NCBI RefSeq assembly: GCF_006345805.1
Contig: NC_043002.1
Location: 73,594,001-73,658,000 of the forward strand
Source: Octopus sinensis
Taxonomy: Eukaryota
Direction: 5' to 3'
DNA: 64,000 nucleotides
Positions 52,050 to 64,000 of this stretch are shown in pieces; position 1 is the first letter of the stretch, and every line of letters starts with the position of its first letter. The translations under genes were made by a program, and so were the position numbers. The notes beneath the pieces are model-generated. The model saw nothing but the letters and a program-made list of their open reading frames with translations. It was not told the origin of the DNA and did no database searches.

Positions 52050-52666
52050 GTAAGTATGTAGAGTTTTAATATTTTTCCAAACTTATTAAGAAATAATTTA
52101 ATCATAGTTTTAAAAAATCATGTGTCTAAATCCCTGTAAAACATTTAAGATAAGGTGTGGCTGTGTGGTATGAAGCTTGCTTCCCAACCACCTGGTTCTG
52201 GGTTCAGCCCCACTGTGTGGCACCTTGGCCAAGTGTCTTCTACAATATTCTTGAGTCAACAAAAACCTTGTGAGTAGACAGAAGCCCATCATGTGTGTGT
52301 GTGTATGTCTGTGTGCATGTGTGTGCGTCTTTGTGTATGTGTTTGTCCCCCACTACCACTTGACAACTGGTGTTTGTTTGTTTATGTCCCCTGTAACATT
52401 AGCTGTTGAGTAAAAGAGACCAATAGAATAAGTGCCCGGATTTTTAAAAAGTCCTGGGACCAATTCATTCAACTAAAATTCTTCAACATTGTGCACCAGC
52501 ATGGCCCACAATCTAATGATTGCAACATTTAAAAGATAAAAAGAACTTGACAAATTAGATAACAGAAGTAAAAAACACGAAATAATGATAGTAATTTGAA
52601 GAAAATTATTTGAAACATTATGAGAAACATTCATGTTCAATTTATTTTTATTGTCTTTCTTGTCAG

Positions 52667-52795
52667 TGGAGCAGTGGAAATCTTATACAGATTGGTTGGT
52701 CCAACACTGAAGACCTTCTTTGTATCCAGGATGATGGAGTTGTTCTTGTCTACAATATGTTTTGTACTTTTAAGAAAACTTTCAGCATGGGTGAC
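52667..52795 (+). CDS. VPS16: VPS16 exon 4
   Basis: TGTCAG|WSSGNLIQIGWSNTEDLLCIQDDGVVLVY...FSMGD|GTAAGT. Confidence 0.96.
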
Positions 52796-54327
52796 GTAAG
52801 TTGTTTGCTATCAAAGTTGACTAGTCTTGTAATATTTATAGATTGTTTGGATCTTTACCTTTTGACTGACAGATTTAAAAAATATTTTTTTGTAACTAAA
52901 CACTTTCAAACTTCAGACACTCAATAAAATCGCCATTGGCTTCAACCACAGCCTCCAGACAACTTCAGGCCATGTAGGAAGATGAATAGAGGCATAACGT
53001 CACTATCAACTAGTGATCACTCTGAACACCATGTTGTTGACTGGATGTTTGATTTTTATCACTCTCAGTACATGTCCTCAGATTGAGACCCAAGCACTCT
53101 GAAATGTTTGTGTTGGAGCTTCCAGCACAAATGCCAAGCAGTACGGCATGTCATTTCCAAATTTCTGGCAGAGTGAATTGCGTCATGGTGTTTTTCTCAT
53201 AGACGGTGCCCAATTGACCCTACTATACTGTGTAGTCAACAAAGTCAAAAACAAACCGTTCTTATGCACGAAATAAAAATCATAAAATGGTGACAATTTA
53301 TCCATTGCACCTTGTGTGTATGTATATATATGATATATATATATATATATATACACGATTAGAGGTTGTCTTAACCTTGTGAAGGTATTGGTTTCATCCA
53401 AAGAAATACTGGTTCAATACCTAGTATTTTGAGGGGATTAATTTCTTTAAAATAATAGGTATATACATATATATATATTTAAACATATAGTTTATATTCA
53501 TATAAAAAAAAAAAAAAAAGAAAATGAAGATTGGGATGTTGATGATTGTTTGTTAACAGCAAATTAATCATCTTCACTTGTTGGCATCCTTTTGTCTTGG
53601 GAGACAATGGAGTTGTGCATAAACTAATCCAGTCTAGTTTTTACCTTTCATGTCCTCTCTCGTTTCCTCTCCAGTTTTGCACAGACCTGGGCTAGATGTA
53701 AGAAAATCCTGGGTAGCTCAATCATCAGGATTCCTCTCTCGACCTTGCCGATGTGGTCCAAAGGAGTGTAGAGCATTACGTTTGACACCAGCTTGGTTGC
53801 AGGAGCTGCCGGAAGAGTGTAGAGTCAAACACTAAACTGCCTATGGGGCTCCACTCCGGATTTCTTTGAAGGTTGTCTCCTTTCCATAACCCTTGATAGG
53901 GGCCCATACCGGGAACTGTCAGCCGGAGTCAGCTGAGCCCAGGACTCATGTCAGGCACGGTCGTCACTCCCTGAAGTAGTGAAGAAAATCGCTACCCACT
54001 ACCATCTTCACTAATATATATATATGTGTGTGTGTGTGTGTGTATACATATTTGAAGCTGAAAACACCACAATAATAACTCTGATACTAAAGTCTCGTTT
54101 GTAACACTTCTAAAGTATTGTACTTGAGATTTGAGTAATTTCTGAATGTTTCCAGCTTCAAAAATGTGCATGTGTGTGTATGTATGCGTGTACGCACAAT
54201 GAGAACATCATTGATCTTTATTGTGCTACAAATTGTCCTACAAGAAATTTGAGGTGCCTTTACATAAATATTTGTCAATAATTTGAAACTTTTCTCTCAA
54301 AAATTGCTTTGTTAAATTTTTTTCCAG

Positions 54328-54472
54328 GAGGCAAAAACTTTGAAAGTCAAAGATTGCAAAGTGTTCCAAGGATTCCACGGCACAGGCATTGCCATCATAA
54401 CCAATTCTCTTAGAGTATTTATTGTTAACAATGTTGAAGATTCTAGAATCCGACGTCTTGCTGAAGTTCCTG
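54328..54472 (+). CDS. VPS16: VPS16 exon 5
   Basis: TTCCAG|EAKTLKVKDCKVF...IRRLAEVP-g|GTGAGT. Confidence 0.95.
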
Positions 54473-55188
54473 GTGAGTGAGAATATTTCCTGCTAAAATA
54501 AGTTGCTTTACTTCACCTTTTTGATACCAACCCACCCAATACCACCTCTTGTACTCTGATACAAAATGTCTTTTATAGAGTGTTCATATTTATGCTTTTC
54601 ACTTAGTTTTGTTCGAAATGTCTAATTATATATTTCAATGCTAATGATATAAATCTAAACATTTAATCTTTGCTAATACACTGCTACCAGTGGTGAGCTG
54701 GCAGAAACGTTAGCACGCTGGGCAAAATGCTTAGCGTTATTTTGTCTGCTGTTACGTTCTGAGTTCAAATTCCGCCAAAGTTGACTTTGCCTTTCATCCT
54801 TTCGGGGTCAATAAATTAAGTACCAGTTGCATACTGGGGTCGATGTAATCAACTGGCCTCTCCCCAAAAATCTCAGGCTTTTTACCTGGAGTAGAAAAGA
54901 ATCCACTACTACCACTATAGCTCTGTGATGAATTCTCTTTTGGCTTCAACAATGGGTACTCAGTTGTTCTACCAACTTCACTCCTATTCAAGAAATTATT
55001 ATGTAAGCAGTTATGTATTCTGCATCATATATACTGAATGTGATTCTCAGGTCAAATTAACTTGAGACAATACAACATAGCTGGACTTTCAGTTTTATTA
55101 CTTAATAATACTAGAGAATTATTGTTTGTATATAGGTCTTTTTCAGTTTATATGAAATAATGAAATATGTTATTTTGGTTATTTTCAG

Positions 55189-55307
55189 GTCTCCAGCCAT
55201 CGTTCAGTAGCTGGATTATTTTGACTATTGATAGACAGACAAAAGCCATGGTAGCCAATGGCTCAGAACTCGTTCAAATTGACCAGGGTGGACAGTATGA
55301 AGTGAAA
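55189..55307 (+). CDS. VPS16: VPS16 exon 6
   Basis: TTTCAG|GLQPSFSSWIIL...QYEVK|GTAAGC. Confidence 0.9.
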
Positions 55308-57037
55308 GTAAGCTTTTAAATATTTTAAAAGATCATGAAAAACAAATAACCCGATCTCCAGCCACAGTTTATAGCCCCCGTTCATATTCTACCTAGCTAG
55401 CACTACAAACCAAATTTAATCAACCCAAGAAGTCAGTCCCTACATAGTTGCTTCTCTTGTTAGAAATAGCTGCCAAATTCCCATTAAATCACACCTTAAA
55501 AAAAAAGATACAGATTATTGATAGTGTAGTCCTAGAAACTGTCTGTATAGAAGGCAAATTGATCCCAACTAAAATGTCCTTCACCATAGGTCTCCTCAGC
55601 CATGGCTAACTCAGTGTTATACAGCAAGCATGTTTAATTAAAGCTAGTTTAATTATGTCAACAGGACTAGAATCACAACTTTTGATAATTCATTATAGTT
55701 TTACCACAGCAGATCAATTTGTAATTTGTTTCTGTTAGTTAAAAAAAATTAATGTAAATTTGTGAGGTATTTAAAATTTAAGCCAAACCCCATTCCAGTA
55801 TTTAGTTAAAATTTTATAGAATGTTTAATAAAAATCTGTTCTATATTGATTTTAATAGGAAATTATGTAAAGTGAATGTCTTTCTAATACTAGTTCCAAG
55901 TTCAGACCCTTTGTCAGAAACTCTCAGCTAAGTTTCTATTAGAATATATTTATGATGAACCCAAATTGACAGTGGTTTCACAACCTCATGGTTTTCAGTT
56001 TGGTCCCTTTGCTTGGTGTCTTAACCTTTTAGCATTCAGAATACTCTGTCATATGTAAAGCTTGTTTAATTACATTGTTTTAAATCAATTGTGCAGCATC
56101 TTGTAACTCTGAGATTATGATGATGTCCCTGTTTATTTTTAGAATGACTTTGTAGGATAGGTATAAGAGGTCAGAACTGGCTGGTTTGAGCATAAAACAG
56201 GAAGACAATTTTGGCCTGATATGGCTGGTTTAAACACTAAAAGGTTAAGCAAGTGTCTTCTATAACCTCTGGTTAACCAGTACGGTGTCAGTGAAATTAC
56301 TAGGCAAAAACTGTGCAATGGTTATTATCAGTTTAGCCTAGAGACAAGTAAATTCGGCTTAGCCTAACTTAGAGACAAGTTAATTTGACTTAAGTCATGT
56401 CTCCAGGAACCAATTAATGACATAGGGTGAGGTATGCCTGTATTGGATATGTGGTATCCCCTAGCAGACAGTTAATGTAATAGAGATAATCATTTCTAAT
56501 TAATACTTGGTGAGATTAGAAACTTGAATTTAAAATTAAGGAACAAAGAAAAATAATGTATAGAATACACATTTTCTTTTTATTGCTTATTTATTATAAA
56601 GTTCTTAAGATTTTTTTGTCAGTGGTAATCATCATGAAATCATTTACATAACAACTTCTGTATACTTTTAATGTTTATTTAAGCATTTTTAAGTATACTG
56701 GAAGTACTCAGATGTGTGCAGAAAATTCACTGATTAGTCAAACTCTGCTTTGAAGAGATGATAATACTGCAGCTGTGCTAAAAGAAGAGAAAGTATTGTG
56801 AACAACAAACCTAACAGATCTGTTATTCCATATCTAAATGGCTTATCTCATAGCATCTCCTTTTAAAGGTGAATTTACTGATCAATGTTTTGTTGGTTCA
56901 TAAATTGCCCTTGGTAGGTTGTTGTCAGTAAATTTTACTGTAGCCATATTTGGTTAATGCGTGATTCAACCAAACTATGTTAAATCTAGATGTGTGTTCT
57001 TGAATTTATAGATTAAAATTTCCCTTTTTATTTGTAG

Positions 57038-57160
57038 CCTTTTCCTCCAGCTAACTGGTCAGAAGGAAATGTGATTGACATGGCTTTATCTTCGGACAAG
57101 AAATATATTGCTTTATATATGTCATCAGGTCTTATTTGGGTTGGAACTTCAGATCTCAAG
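57038..57160 (+). CDS. VPS16: VPS16 exon 7
   Basis: TTGTAG|PFPPANW...MALSSDKKYIALYMSSGLIWVGTSDLK|GTAATT. Confidence 0.93.
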
Positions 57161-58669
57161 GTAATTTCTTCAATCAACTTTTTTTAATTTTTTTATTTCA
57201 CCTCTTCCACCTGTAATTGAAAAAAAACTTTTATGTTTCTAATTTTCAAACTAAATATTTTAAAGGCTTCCTTCTTCTAATGATTTATTTTAAAGACTTT
57301 TATAAATTTGGACATTTTTCATATCGTCAAAGCAATTGTTTTTTTACCAGTAGATTTATCACAATTATTTTTTAACATCCAGTACCATCAGAACGTGGTC
57401 GATGCCAGGCCCACCTGACTGGCTCCCATGCTGGTGGCACGTAAAAAGCACCATCCGAACGTGGTCAGTGCCAGTACTACTGACTGGCTTTTGTGCCGGT
57501 GGCATGTAAAAAGCACCATCTGAACGTGGCCGATGCTAGTACCCACTGACTGGCACATAAAAAACACTATCCGAACGTGATTGTTGTCAAGCCCACCTGA
57601 CTGGCTCCTGTGCTGGTGTTATATAAAATGCACCCACTACACTCTCAGAGTGGTTGGTGTTAGGAAGGGCATCCAGCTGTAGAAACGTTGCCAGATCAGA
57701 TTGGAGCCTGGTGCAGCCGCTGGCTCTCCAGACCTCAGTCAAACTTTCCAACCCATGCCAGCATGGAAAACGGACATTAAACGATGATGATGATGATGAT
57801 CTTCGATCCTGGCATGGCTAGATGGTTTGTATGTTCCACTGTAACATTTATCACTGGAGCTATCTTATAGAGAAGGGAAGTAAGTAAAAATATTACTTGT
57901 GGTAGATATGTATTTTGAAAATGAAATAATCCTAGAGAAAGTTACTGGACCTGAAGTTCCCAGTTAAGTTTTAAGATGTGGGATGAGTAAATTAAGCATC
58001 CGGAAATGTAAAGTAAGCATTAAATCAATGTCTTATCTCATCTACAGCAAGACACCCATTCCTGTCCCTCTATCATACTTTAAACTCTCATCATCTGGTG
58101 CAAAGCCACCTCAGTTGAGAGTCTTGTATCATCTTGTGAGTTACTTTGGGGATCTCACTGGTGCCAGTATCACAAAAAAAAACGGTACACATTGTAAAGT
58201 GGTTAGTATTTGGAAAGGTAGCTCAGTTGCAGAAACCATACCAAAGATACAGTGAAGCTTGGTGTAGTTCTCTGGCTCTTCAATTCCTGTTGGATCATCC
58301 AACCTATGCCAGCATGGAAACAAATGTTAAACTGTGATGATGATCTTGGCTAGGGGAAATAGCAGAAATAAACAGTATAAGATATTCTAAAGCTTTAATC
58401 ACAATAGAACTTTGAAGTTTATGAATTACCTACTAAAATAATAAAATGTAAAATAATTTTAAACATGAATACCAAATTGAAACAGAAAATACCAGTAGGC
58501 CCACTGACATCAATAGGCTTTTTAAACTTCTTTTTCAAACTGGAGTCTGTAACACCTAAAACATTTGAAAATATTTTTGTCTTATGCTATTCATTATCTT
58601 TGTGTACGTGATGAGGTTTAATTAATTGTTAGGTGTATTAACATTCCAATTATGTTTATTCTGATTTAG

Positions 58670-58725
58670 ACTAAACTATGGGAATTCAACACCAAAGGGG
58701 CACCAAAACCACTTTCATTTCTCTG
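58670..58725 (+). CDS. VPS16: VPS16 exon 8
   Basis: ATTTAG|TKLWEFNTKGAPKPLSFL-tg|GTAAAT. Confidence 0.9.
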
Positions 58726-59248
58726 GTAAATACTCTAGTTTATTTATTTTAACAGTTATCAACATATATTGGTTCTGTGATGTTCTCACTGGATTTTAAT
58801 GCCATATGGCTTATATATGTAGTTTTAACTGTAATATTTTGTTTGCTTATTAAACATAACTGATATATTGTCTTTACATTTTCACTAGCCACATAGCACA
58901 TTGATCATATGCAAATCAGCTTTCACAGCCTCTTTCTAGTGGCCAGTAAAAATAAAATGTGTGCACTACATTATATGAAATGTAGGGAATTCCAGAAAGT
59001 ACCCCACTACCAAAAATGAGTTGACTTATTTTCCTGTCTCGAGTACACACACACGAAACCAAGTATACTCAATTCCTACACAGTGATTGAGTGATGAGAG
59101 TGGACAAGATTACTTAATTTTGCTATAAAGAAATTAAACAAATTTAACCAATTATTAAAAATATCCTACTTACCAACTGATTACATCTATTCAAAACTTT
59201 TATTTGTATTCTGTTGTTAATTATGTTTCTTTTAATTTTACGTGTCAG

Positions 59249-59323
59249 GTGTGGAAATGGAGCTGTCGTATGTCACTGGGATACTTTAATGTTAGTTATT
59301 GGGCCAGATAAAAATCATATTTC
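59249..59323 (+). CDS. VPS16: VPS16 exon 9 (followed by an AT-AC intron)
   Basis: TGTCAG|CGNGAVVCHWDTLMLVIGPDKNHI-tc|ATATCCTTTT. Confidence 0.92.
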
Positions 59324-60809
59324 ATATCCTTTTCTATTCAATGCAAAACAAAAAGTTTGTCTTTTGATTATATATTATCTCATATAACACCTTATCTTAA
59401 GACGAGGCATTAAGTTGCCTTCTTTATACTCTATGCATATACAAACTGAATTTGTCACATGTAACAAAGTAGTTAACCCTTTTCCACCCACATTTTCTTA
59501 TCTCTATTAAAGTAATAAGTTCTCTCTTTTTGTTTTTCTTATCTTTTGTAGAATTTATTAATTTTTTTTTAATCAACTGAAAAAATTCCTGTATTTTTTA
59601 AAGTGTTTCATGTGCTATACCAAATGTCTGTGAGTGCTCTTGTCTCGCCCAAATTATTATGGGACAAGATATTAAATAAACTCAGTTGAATTGAGCAGTT
59701 TTTTACTATAAGACTTCTGCTATAAATTCAGCTGACACAATAAATAAAATGATGGATAATATACAGTTAAATCTATATATTTCCCTCTTCACCTCTTACA
59801 TTTGAGTGATATATACACTTTTATATTTCAACACACTGTTAACACACCTAAGAATTTACTTTGTTTGAATCAGAGTTATGGTTTCAATTTATCATCTGTC
59901 TTGTCATATTCAAGTAATGGTATTTTGAGTGTTATGATGTGTAGAATTTTAACTGCTGAAAATCAGTTTTAACCCTTTTAATACCAACTCACCTGAGTCC
60001 ACCCCTAGTGCTATGATCCAAACTTCATTTTAAAGTGATCTGAATTAAACCCTTCCATCAAAAGTTCCTGTTAAATTATGTTCCAGATGCCAGCTTAGGA
60101 TTGAATTGAATTGCCCATGTTCAGTCTACTGCATGAGAAAGGCCTCAGCATGTTCTCTCTATCAGAGAATGGCTTGAGATGATACTGGTTTCATGAGCCT
60201 ATTCTGCCACACTGACTTGACATGGTTTCTTATTTCTTTCTTTCTTTATTGCCCACAAGGGGCTAAACATAGAGGCGACAGACAAAGGGATTAAGTCGAT
60301 TACATCAACCCCAGTGCGTAACTGGTACTTAATTTATCAACCCCGAAAGGATGAAAGGAAAAGTTAACCTCAGCGGAATTTGAACTCGGAATGTAACAGC
60401 AGACAAAATACTGCTAAGCATTTCACCCGGCGTGCTAACATTTCTGCCAGCTCACCGCCTTGACATGGTTTGGCAGAGGGATGCAGTTTTTATTCTCATA
60501 CCTAGGAATAGTTATGTCAATTACAGCAACCCCATTACTCAGTTGCTACTTATTTTATTGACCATGAAAGGATGAAAGGCAAAGTCAACCTCATCAGAAT
60601 ATGAACTCAGAACATAAAGACAAACAAAATACCACTAAGCATTTTGCTCAGCATGCTAATGATTCTGCCAGCTTAATAATAACAAAAATTATTTTACTAA
60701 ATTCATCAATTGTAACAAAGGCAGTATAAGTCAAAAGAAATAAGGTAACAAGAAGATTAAGATGATTGGTTCTTACAGTGATGTGTCACTTTTCCTTAAC
60801 TCAGACTAC
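59324..60809 (+). other. U12-type AT-AC intron (VPS16 intron 9)
   Basis: 5' ATATCCTTT, branch site TTTCCTTAAC at 60791-60800 and 3' AC at 60808-60809. Splicing here gives the gap-free HISYMLD reading. Confidence 0.92.
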
Positions 60810-60904
60810 GTACATGCTTGATGGACCAGTTTATCTTGTTGAAGAAGTTGATGGTGTTAGAATTATTGGTAATATGCAACATGAATTCTTAGAGAAAGTT
60901 CCAG
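60810..60904 (+). CDS. VPS16: VPS16 exon 10
   Basis: AC|g-YMLDGPVYLVEEVDGVRIIGNMQHEFLEKVP-g|GTAAGT. Confidence 0.93.
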
Positions 60905-61024
60905 GTAAGTGTCTAATTTTTTCAATTAAGGTAAAATTCGATGGAATTTTAAGAGTGTCTGCAAAATATTCTTCTTTGCATGCAGCTTCATAATATTGAT
61001 AAATAAATGATGTTCTGTTCTCAG

Positions 61025-61101
61025 ATGTTACATTGGAAGTCTACAAAATACTGTCTTTAGCTCCAGGTGCCATGTTGCGGCAAGCTTCTAAAGAATATCA
61101 A
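61025..61101 (+). CDS. VPS16: VPS16 exon 11
   Basis: TCTCAG|DVTLEVYKILSLAPGAMLRQASKEYQ|GTAAGT. Confidence 0.95.
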
Positions 61102-62342
61102 GTAAGTTATTAAAACATGTCATTCATCATCATTGTAATTTAACTACTACTTTTCCATTCTTGTATGGATCGGACAGAATTTGTTGAGGGAGATTTTCTA
61201 CGACCAGATACCTTTCCGGTTGTCATCACCTGTTTTCAAACAGGGTAATATTTCCCCATGGCCAGGCGTGTTTTGCATGGAAGACTGGAAATGAACAACA
61301 CCACTTGTATAACAATGATGCTCGTTTTACACCCATCATGTGATGTCAAGACAAGGGTGCACACATACACACACTTTTGTACCTAAAATTTTGAGTTCAC
61401 TAATTCACTAATAATAAGTATGGACTGTTGTGAAATCTTTTTGTCATAAATTTGTGTTAATATTTTTATTGCTCAGTATTTTTTTTTTGTCTAAAGAAAC
61501 GATTGCTATGAAACTAGGAACTGCTATTGTTTAAAGTTCCTTCATAAGTATAAAGAATTTCATTCTTGACAGAAACAAACATCCAAAACACCAGTATTGA
61601 TCTCTGTTATCTATTGATGATAGCTATTTCCATTATTTAAAGTTTCCATTGTTTAAGACAATGAATCAGCTGAATTATGGATGCAGGAGTGGCTCTGTGG
61701 TAGAGCGGCTTGCTTACCAAGCACATTGTTCTGGGTTCAGTCCCACTGTAAGACACCTAGGGCAAGTGTATTCTGCTATAGCCTTGGGCCTACCAAAGCC
61801 TTGTGAGTGGATTTGGTAGACAGGATCTGAAAGGAGCCCATCATATATGTGTGTTTGTGTGTCTGTGTTTGTCACCCCACCATCGCTTGACAGCTGATGC
61901 TGGTGGGTCTGCACCCCTGTAACTTGGCAGTTCAGCAAGGGTGACTGATGGAATAAGTGTTACGCTTGCAGTGAGTGAGTTCTGGGGTTGATTTGTTTGA
62001 CTAAAGGCGATGCTCCAGCATGGCTACAGTCAAATGACTGAAACAAAGTTGGACTAAATGCTTAGCAGCATTTCTTCCAGCCCTTTATGTTCTGAGTTCA
62101 AATTCCACTGAGGCTGATTTTGCCTTTCATCCTTTCGGTCAATAAAACAAATGCAAGTTGAAGACTGGGGTCAGTGTAAGCGACTTTCCCAACTTCTCTA
62201 AAATTGTTGTCCTTGTGCTATAATTTGAAACCATTATTTAAGCTTCTCTCATGATTATAAAGAATTTCACAATACCAGTATCCATCTCTGTTATTTATTG
62301 ATGATAACTATTCACATTTATTCATATTTTCTCTGACACCAG

Positions 62343-62465
62343 AATGGAAGCCAGAAAGCTGATGAACATTTACGAATGATAGAAAATAAAGATGTGGCTG
62401 TTGATCAGTGTATTCTAGCTGCTGGGCACCAGTTTGAACCAGCAGAACAAAAGGAATTATTGAAG
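62343..62465 (+). CDS. VPS16: VPS16 exon 12
   Basis: CACCAG|NGSQKADEHLRMIE...QCILAAGHQFEPAEQKELLK|GCTGGT (GC donor inferred). Confidence 0.88.
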
Positions 62466-63581
62466 GCTGGTATTTTTTAATCATTGTGTTTTGTTATGAA
62501 ATGTGTGCTTTTTAAAGTGTAAAAAATATAAGATTGATGTTGGATTGTACTCAATGTAAGGCATCAGCTGGCAGAGTTGTTCAAGCATTAGCTAAATCAC
62601 TTTGTGGTAATTATTTTGGTTCTCTGCATGCAGAGTTCAAATCTCACTGAGATCAACTGTACCTTTCATTCTTTTAAAGCTGATAAAGTACCAGTCCCAT
62701 ACTGGAGATTGATTCTCACTGTCTCTCATTCTTTCTTTCTTTCTTTCTTTCTTTCTACCTGTCTGTTTTTCCCTCATCTGGAGAAAAAATCAGATCTGGT
62801 AAGACTTGGCGCAAGATGGGCTCTGCCAGGTCAAAAAATGCCTATGCCTTGCCCTGTAAGTGAATGTCACCCCTACAACTCAGTCAAGGAGTTGAGAGGC
62901 AAGGCATATTGAATGTACATAGATTATAATGTGGCCAATCTGTATTTTAAAGGAAATGCTTAATTTTGTCAACCAGACTACAAGAGAGATTGTACATGGC
63001 CAATCAATTTGCTAGAAGTAAAAGTCGAATCTTTCTTTAATCATATTCCCATTTTCTGAGAAAAGAATGCATTGGATAATTGATCCTGTGTTCTTTGTCT
63101 AAATGTAAAAACATGAAATGGATCACAGCTGGATTTACTTTGATTATAGATCTATTCAAAACTAACTTGTGTCTAAATAATAACATAAGTCTACTTCATT
63201 ACCAAGAGAAAACTGTTTAAAAAGCTAACCAGCTTTAAGCACTTTTAAGGAAATTTATACAAAATAATAATAATAACCAGTTTTTATAACAGGAGATTAA
63301 GATGTTTTAAAAAATGTAGGTACATTTTGGTTTGCATAGTTTTGAATATATTATTATTGTTTATATTTATTCTTAACATTATAATAATGAACATATTATA
63401 TACAGTGCTCAGATGCACCACAACTCGTCAGAAAAAATAACTAAAAGTGCATGAACAGTACATAGAATAATGTGCAGGAGGTGAACAGTGAACGAGTTGT
63501 TAAAAAAACATTCTTTCAGTATAAGTGCATTAAGCTACTTACATTTGTTCTTTGTTGTTATTTTTTACTTTTTCTTTGCAG

Positions 63582-63709
63582 GCCGCTGTATTTGGTAAAA
63601 GTTTCATTACTGAATATTCACCAAAGAAGTTTGTGTCAATGTGCCAGACACTTAGAGTTCTTAACCAAATTCGCCATTTCAGTATTGGAATACCGTTGAC
63701 ATATACACA
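63582..63709 (+). CDS. VPS16: VPS16 exon 13 (gene continues beyond the window)
   Basis: TTGCAG|AAVFGKSF...[23 protein letters not shown]-ca|GTATCCTT. Confidence 0.95.
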
Positions 63710-64000
63710 GTATCCTTCTGTCCATAATCTTTTATTTTTGCATTTACAGCACAATAAACACTAAAGGGGTCATAGAGATTACATGAGATAATTTTTAGGA
63801 TTTAAAGCAGGCATCTATTTATGTTCGAAGTCATGACTGAAATGTTCATTGAGAATAATTGTGAAGTTTGGTTATCATCATCATTATTGTTATTTTAGCA
63901 TTGATTTTTCCATGTTTGCATGGGTCAGGCAAAACAAGTAGACATTAACATACACACACAAGAGGCTTCTTTCAGTTTCTGTCAACCAAATCCACTCAAA
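63710..64000 (+). other. 5' part of U12-type GT intron (VPS16 intron 13)
   Basis: 5' splice site GTATCCTTC matches the U12 consensus RTATCCTT. The 3' end lies outside the window. Confidence 0.85.

Noticed and set aside
57385-57640. Four ~65-bp tandem units that could suggest a CRISPR-like array
   Set aside because: There are no unique spacers. It is the variable internal tandem of the RTE-tail repeat, also seen at ~35255-35400, in a eukaryotic intron.
62468-62480. Canonical GT donor for VPS16 exon 12
   Set aside because: Wrong phase for the strong 63581 acceptor (it gives TAA within five codons), so the GC donor is more parsimonious.

Overview
This is AT-rich, microsatellite- and transposon-dense animal genomic DNA. 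The SINE/LINE repertoire looks like Octopus; that is inferred from repeat recognition, not a search. The right half holds two conserved spliced genes arranged head to head with 536 bp between start codons. MED10 is on the minus strand with 4 exons and a complete 137-aa CDS (36798-43926). VPS16 is on the plus strand, exons 1-13 (44463-63709), and continues beyond the window. VPS16 has two U12-type (minor spliceosome) introns: AT-AC intron 9 and a GTATCCTT intron 13. It probably also has a GC-AG intron 12. The left half (1-33 kb) holds a tandemly duplicated gene family I cannot identify. Its 61-codon terminal exon occurs four times: one copy, one truncated copy and two near-identical divergent copies. 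Around it are (AAT)n-embedded R4/Dong-clade retrotransposons and a 555-bp AAT-embedded element in six copies. Penelope-like, CR1, RTE, gypsy, Tc1 and Helitron remnants are also present. The most notable non-coding signal is a set of minimal type I hammerhead ribozyme motifs in several unrelated repeats. These include a 363-bp retrozyme-like tandem with two intact motifs and a tRNA-headed SINE carrying a hammerhead. All coordinates and alignments were read by eye.
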